From a virus (Duplodnaviria; Caudoviricetes), in the IMG/VR virus record IMGVR_UViG_3300030708_001092, positions 1-37,941 of that record: 37,941 bases of DNA; one strand, written 5' to 3'. This document shows, one piece after another, positions 33,967 through 37,941 of this stretch; position 1 is the first letter of the stretch; each line of letters begins with the position of its first letter. The notes under the pieces are model-generated. The model did no database searches and was not told the origin of the DNA. It was given only the letters and a program-made list of their open reading frames with translations. Made by a program: the position numbers and the translations under genes.

Positions 33967-34134
33967 ATGACTGAAAACGCTACTGAAGATAAAAGAGAAA
34001 CTCTCAAAAGAATTAGTGTATCTGTAAATCCTGATGATTATCAGCATTTAAAAGACCTATCAAGAGCAGGACTCTCAATAGGTTTTTTAATTCGTGAAGC
34101 TATACACGATTTTGTTATAAAAACTAAAAAATAA
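33967..34134 (+). CDS. CopG/Arc-like ribbon-helix-helix repressor (55 aa, not in ORF track)
   Basis: LKRISVSVNPDDYQHLKDLSRAGLSIGFLIREAIHDFV. Confidence 0.85.
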   Translation: MTENATEDKRETLKRISVSVNPDDYQHLKDLSRAGLSIGFLIREAIHDFVIKTKK

Positions 34135-34329
34135 TTAAAGTTTAGAATGTCTACCTTTTTCTATTAACCAATCAAATTTATCAATCATATTTTTACAATT
34201 TTGACATTGTAAAGCTGACCAAGATAGATGGTATATCTGACCTAATTCATTACATTTAGGGCATTTAATTGTAGCTCCAGAGTATCTTTTACATCTGGAG
34301 TAACGTGTTACTGGTACAAATTCAGTCAT
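34135..34329 (-). CDS. Zn-ribbon protein
   Basis: CPKC...YHLSWSALQCQNC. Confidence 0.75.
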   Translation of the reverse strand: MTEFVPVTRYSRCKRYSGATIKCPKCNELGQIYHLSWSALQCQNCKNMIDKFDWLIEKGRHSKL

Positions 34330-34601
34330 GTTAAATAAGGTGTTTTAGTGTCATAAAGATCCTTATTGTGATCCCACCAACAATCAATAATATATTTATC
34401 ATCAGAGAAAAAATATCCTCTATCTGATTCTCTACATTCTTCAATATAAAACTCTATAAAAGGTTCATAATAATCTGGTAATAAATTATTAATTTCAGCT
34501 AACTCTTTAGCTCTATCAGCACAATGCTCTTCAAATTTTTCATTTATGTAAGAGCTATCGTAATCTTCCATAACTTGTTTTGGTAATGGGTTATCAATCA
34601 T
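34326..34601 (-). CDS. Acidic hypothetical protein
   Basis: Coupled ORF. Confidence 0.7.
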   Translation of the reverse strand: MIDNPLPKQVMEDYDSSYINEKFEEHCADRAKELAEINNLLPDYYEPFIEFYIEECRESDRGYFFSDDKYIIDCWWDHNKDLYDTKTPYLT

Positions 34602-34603
34602 TT

Positions 34604-34873
34604 TTAAATCCTCTGTAAGTTGTAGTTCATAATTTCTTCATTATCATAATTTCCATCACTTGATCTATATTTCTCAGGATTTTTAAGAATATAATCCCAT
34701 GCAATTTGCATTAAATCCTCATTATCCCACGTTGAAAGATCGGACTCTTCTTCATCAAAATCATTTTCCTTACAATAATCCTCCCAAAATTCATCAAATG
34801 ATATTTCAAAATTTTGGTAATAATCAGTTCTTGTTGTGAACTGCATAACATACTGTTGTTTAATCATCTTCAT
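34604..34873 (-). CDS. Acidic hypothetical protein
   Basis: D/E-rich ORF. Confidence 0.7.
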   Translation of the reverse strand: MKMIKQQYVMQFTTRTDYYQNFEISFDEFWEDYCKENDFDEEESDLSTWDNEDLMQIAWDYILKNPEKYRSSDGNYDNEEIMNYNLQRI

Positions 34874-35042
34874 ACTCCTCTATATCGCAGACAACTTGGC
34901 TGCCCATCTCACAACCTTGATCATCTTCATCTATACAATCTCCATATAGTGCTTTATCTCCAGCTTCATCTGCATTTTTAGCTTCAACTGTATACCAAAC
35001 TGAATGAATCTCAGACATAAGCACTCTATATTTTTTAGTCAT
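34860..35042 (-). CDS. Acidic protein with VEAxxxDEA motif
   Basis: YTVEAKNADEA. Confidence 0.7.
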   Translation of the reverse strand: MTKKYRVLMSEIHSVWYTVEAKNADEAGDKALYGDCIDEDDQGCEMGSQVVCDIEEYEDD

Positions 35043-35272
35043 TGGTATCTATCCTCCCAATTACATTTATTCAAAGTTTCATCTTCAAATTCTTCTTCAT
35101 CTATTTCTTCTGTTTCTGAATACTCCCAATCTCCATCATCAGATGAAAAAGATCCACCATCAAATTTTCTGAAGTTACGATGAATATCATCTTCATTGAT
35201 ATCATCTGGTGTTTTGATTAATAAACTGTGCATCGACATTGACGATACAGTTAATTTAAAATACTTAGACAT
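35039..35272 (-). CDS. Acidic hypothetical protein
   Basis: D/E-rich C-terminus. Confidence 0.7.
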   Translation of the reverse strand: MSKYFKLTVSSMSMHSLLIKTPDDINEDDIHRNFRKFDGGSFSSDDGDWEYSETEEIDEEEFEDETLNKCNWEDRYQ

Positions 35273-35339
35273 AATTTTCGTTACCGAATTTTCGTATTTG
35301 GAAAGTACTGGGCTTACTTAATTAATTAATGCCAGTAAA

Positions 35340-35687
35340 TTATTCCACCCTTTTAAGAAAGTGAGATAATAATATATTCATAGCTTTTTCTTTTTCTTCA
35401 ATAATTTTTGAAGTCTTATATATCTTTTTTTGGTCTAGATATATTTGGTATTTTAAATCTATTTTATCTTGCCTTTTATCATGTATTTCCATCTTATTTT
35501 GCTTTTCCCATTCTTCTATATCTGATTCAACTATCACAATGTCATACCACTCATAAAAAGTACTGGGATGTACATTATCAAAACCTTTTTTACATTCTTC
35601 TATTACTTCAGTTTTAGATAATTTCTTTCTAATTAATTCTTTCATATATTCCATACATGATTCTCTATTAGGATTTATATTAACCAT
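35340..35687 (-). CDS. Hypothetical protein with HTH-like segment
   Basis: SKTEVIEEC...VHPSTFYEWY. Confidence 0.65.
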   Translation of the reverse strand: MVNINPNRESCMEYMKELIRKKLSKTEVIEECKKGFDNVHPSTFYEWYDIVIVESDIEEWEKQNKMEIHDKRQDKIDLKYQIYLDQKKIYKTSKIIEEKEKAMNILLSHFLKRVE

Positions 35688-35860
35688 TAATCAATTCTCC
35701 TACTTGTAATTTGTATCTCTCGAACTAAATATCTCACTGATTCTTCATAATCTATTTCATTACCTTTTTGTGGTAAAAAGAAAGTCGCATCTCTTTCAGC
35801 TAATTCGCATAAAACTGATAAAACATTCAGTAAAATTCTAACTTTTTTTTCAATATCCAT
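35687..35860 (-). CDS. Hypothetical protein (57 aa)
   Basis: Read manually; TAATG-coupled. Confidence 0.55.
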   Translation of the reverse strand: MDIEKKVRILLNVLSVLCELAERDATFFLPQKGNEIDYEESVRYLVREIQITSRRID

Positions 35861-35864
35861 CTAT

Positions 35865-36038
35865 TTATTCTCCCTCCCTTATTTCATCAAATTCATAGTT
35901 ATAAAACATATCATCTTGATTTACGTCACTATATTTATAGTGACCTCTATTGTACTTAGCTATCGCTTCATCTTTTGATTCAGCTTCGATATATATATCG
36001 TTATAGCCAGTAAATTTTTCTTGTATTATATATTTCAT
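35865..36038 (-). CDS. Acidic protein with IEAxxxDEA motif (57 aa)
   Basis: YIEAESKDEA; resembles ORF 34860-35042. Confidence 0.65.
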   Translation of the reverse strand: MKYIIQEKFTGYNDIYIEAESKDEAIAKYNRGHYKYSDVNQDDMFYNYEFDEIREGE

Positions 36039-36253
36039 TAATTTATTTCCTCTAAATCCATTGTAAATTTTTCAAAACCCTCTATATCATCACAATATGG
36101 ATTTTCTTTTTGTATTTTTTCAATACGATTCATAGCATGAACTTGATATTCATATCTATGTGAAGCTAAATGATTTATTAATCGAATAATAGTTACTTGA
36201 TGTTCTTCAGTTAACTGGTTTATTCTGCAATTCATGGTGATAACGTGTTTCAT
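36038..36253 (-). CDS. Hypothetical protein
   Basis: Coupled ORF. Confidence 0.65.
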   Translation of the reverse strand: MKHVITMNCRINQLTEEHQVTIIRLINHLASHRYEYQVHAMNRIEKIQKENPYCDDIEGFEKFTMDLEEIN

Positions 36254-36255
36254 AA

Positions 36256-36948
36256 TTAATTAAAATTTAGTTTTAGTTGTTGTTTTTCCATTAATTCTTT
36301 TTTATCTTTTTCTTTTTGTTTCTTATCTAATAAATCAATACCTTCTTGACCTAATGTATTTCCTAAATTATCCATTATTGTTTCACTTAAATATTCTCTA
36401 AGTGAATAATTTATATCTTCTTCTTCTAAATCAAATAATTCAAAACAAGTTCCAATTTGGTTATGATCCCATTCTGAATAATCTTGAGTCCATAAATCTA
36501 ATCCATTTTTATAGTGTGACCAAAAACCTGATCTACTTGTAAATCTCTCTTTTATCTTATTTTCTAATTCTTTTTTATAGTTTTTAATTATATATTTAAT
36601 AAAATCAATAGCATGATTTTTTTCAATATCTATAAAAATTCTATCTGTTTCAAAGTTATATTCTCTCGGACTTGTTAAAAGATTAAATTTGGCATTTAAT
36701 GTAAATTCCTCTAATCTTTCATTTAGTGCATCAATATAAAAATTTGTATAATCTTTAGCTATTTGATTATAAAAATATGATCTATTAACACTTAAATAAT
36801 TATCCCATAAAATTTGTTGCTCATCTTCATTTAAGTCATATATATCGGTATCCCATTCTATTTGTTGCCCTATTTGATGATCTATATCATCACTAATAAA
36901 TGATTCATAAAAACCATCAAAAGGTATTGTTGATTCTAATTTATTCAT
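36256..36948 (-). CDS. Conserved acidic phage protein
   Basis: IPFDGFYES, SPREYNFETDRIF, FTSRSGFWSHY. Confidence 0.8.
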   Translation of the reverse strand: MNKLESTIPFDGFYESFISDDIDHQIGQQIEWDTDIYDLNEDEQQILWDNYLSVNRSYFYNQIAKDYTNFYIDALNERLEEFTLNAKFNLLTSPREYNFETDRIFIDIEKNHAIDFIKYIIKNYKKELENKIKERFTSRSGFWSHYKNGLDLWTQDYSEWDHNQIGTCFELFDLEEEDINYSLREYLSETIMDNLGNTLGQEGIDLLDKKQKEKDKKELMEKQQLKLNFN

Positions 36949-37160
36949 AATTTTTCTATCCTTACTAATGAATATTCATTTTCTTCTATCTCTCTATATT
37001 CTTCTTCAGAAATAGCATATGGACTATGTTGAACTACATAATCCATTCTTCTTTGAACTTCATCAAAAATCCATTCTTCCATTTCATAGTGTTCATCAAA
37101 AGTTTTGATAACTGGTTTTTCATCTAATGGAAAACTTGCATAGGTAACTTTGTAATTCAT
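36945..37160 (-). CDS. Acidic hypothetical protein
   Basis: Coupled ORF. Confidence 0.7.
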   Translation of the reverse strand: MNYKVTYASFPLDEKPVIKTFDEHYEMEEWIFDEVQRRMDYVVQHSPYAISEEEYREIEENEYSLVRIEKL

Positions 37161-37162
37161 AA

Positions 37163-37324
37163 TTAATACTCACATTCAAGAATTTTTCTAAGCATGACTT
37201 CATCATTCATAGCTACTGCTTTTTGAATGTTTAAATTTTCTATCCATTCAGTACATGGAATTAAATATTCTCCCATGATTTGTTGAAATTTAAATTCATT
37301 CATCGGTTCATTCAGTTTAGGCAT
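37163..37324 (-). CDS. Hypothetical protein (53 aa)
   Basis: MPKLNEPMNEFKFQQIMGEYLIP...LRKILECEY; TATAAT upstream at 37361-37366. Confidence 0.6.
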   Translation of the reverse strand: MPKLNEPMNEFKFQQIMGEYLIPCTEWIENLNIQKAVAMNDEVMLRKILECEY

Positions 37325-37387
37325 TTTTTTAAAGTGTATAAACTAATAATATGATATCACATTATAGTATATATACAATATATATAT

Positions 37388-37417
37388 AAAAAAAAAAGAG
37401 TCTTTATTAAGACTCTT
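37388..37417 (-). terminator. Intrinsic terminator
   Basis: AAGAGTCTT-tatt-AAGACTCTT with an A10 run on the left. Confidence 0.75.
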
Positions 37418-37793
37418 CTAAACTATGTATTAATAAATCTCTTTTATCTTCGTCTAGATATTCATTATAGAATCTAGTAAATAAATTATATGTATCATTA
37501 TTAAATAAAATTTCTTCACCCAAAATATAAGCCAACATATTAGCTACATTTTCAGAGCTGGTTAAATCTGTTGAGACTTGGCCAAAATTACTTTGTTCAT
37601 ATTCTTTTATTTTTTCAATAGCATTAAAAATACTATCTTTTTTTAACCATTGTTCCGCCTTATAATATCCGATTATAAAATAATCTTGATTTAATAAATA
37701 ATGATGTAAATCACTAATATGTTCATTAAGTCCGACATCTTCATTAAGTTGTTGAATGATGTAATTTTTTACATCTTCTTTTAAAGTTTCCAT
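37407..37793 (-). CDS. Monocistronic acidic helical early protein
   Basis: DLHHYLLNQDYFIIGYYKAEQWL...NMLAYILGEEIL. Confidence 0.8.
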   Translation of the reverse strand: METLKEDVKNYIIQQLNEDVGLNEHISDLHHYLLNQDYFIIGYYKAEQWLKKDSIFNAIEKIKEYEQSNFGQVSTDLTSSENVANMLAYILGEEILFNNDTYNLFTRFYNEYLDEDKRDLLIHSLEES

Positions 37794-37820
37794 AATAAAT
37801 TTTTTTGAGACTTCAATTTA

Positions 37821-37840
37821 ATTATATCATAGTGATATAA
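37821..37840 (-). promoter_or_regulatory. Extended -10 promoter overlapped by a palindromic operator
   Basis: TGaTATAAT on the - strand; TTATATC-atagt-GATATAA. Confidence 0.65.
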
Positions 37841-37912
37841 AAAAAACATTTATTATTTCCATTCAAAAAACCCATTCATTAGGCCATTCATAATAACCAC
37901 CACAGCCAAAAC

Positions 37913-37941
37913 AATTTTTTTTTTTTTTTTTTTTTTTTTTT
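37913..37941. repeat. AA+T27 tract matching the left end
   Basis: Direct observation. Confidence 0.8.

Larger units (their letters stand above)
1..37941. mobile_element. Near-complete siphovirus genome, probable cyanophage
   Basis: Complete terminase-head-tail gene order plus an early/recombination module; both ends are AA+poly(T); no host housekeeping genes. Confidence 0.93.

Noticed and set aside
35273-35338. AATTTTCGT direct repeat and TACTGG/CCAGTA stem as a riboswitch
   Set aside because: Short and AT-rich, matches no family I recognise; insufficient support
28313-35617. ORFs 28313-28519, 28688-28870, 30547-30852, 31480-31725, 31533-31715, 33163-33378, 33243-33470 and 35408-35617
   Set aside because: Overlap better-supported genes; shadow ORFs
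1-37941. Integrase/att site, tRNAs, psbA/hli genes, reverse transcriptase/DGR
   Set aside because: No supporting motifs seen by eye
37913-37941. Poly-T ends as true terminal repeats
   Set aside because: A homopolymer is a typical assembly break and it falls between co-oriented early genes

Overview
The window appears to be an essentially complete ~38 kb low-GC tailed dsDNA phage genome (siphovirus). The contig begins and ends in the same AA-poly(T) tract, so it is probably circular or permuted. Gene content and small conserved ORFs point to a marine picocyanobacterial host, most likely Prochlorococcus (inference). The + strand (2.2-25.8 kb) carries terL, seven tiny Lys/Arg-rich ORFs, portal, scaffold, an SPP1 gp13-like capsid, head-tail genes, tail tube, a frameshifted tail chaperone, tape measure, a lambda-like M-L-K-I-J tail tip, and three fibre/chaperone pairs. 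The - strand carries membrane/secreted proteins, ERF/nuclease recombination genes, a replication protein, and many small acidic early genes; a lone + strand ribbon-helix-helix (RHH) repressor sits among them. I see no integrase, DNA polymerase, endolysin, tRNA or CRISPR. The main oddities are as follows. (1) gpJ carries a Hint/BIL domain ending HN/A, bracketed by two copies of the IxG[AS]GGG motif also present in ubiquitin-like gpI, next to the JAB protease gpK. (2) gpL lacks its Fe-S Cys domain and has an inserted cupredoxin-like H/C/H/M domain. (3) Two tandem candidate sRNAs lie next to a chimeric 485-aa gene, and one has a loop complementary to a motif at several translation starts. (4) Four C(UGU)G triloop hairpins flank the scaffold and capsid starts. 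(5) There is also a shared palindromic operator, an NtcA-type promoter and an NblA-like ORF.
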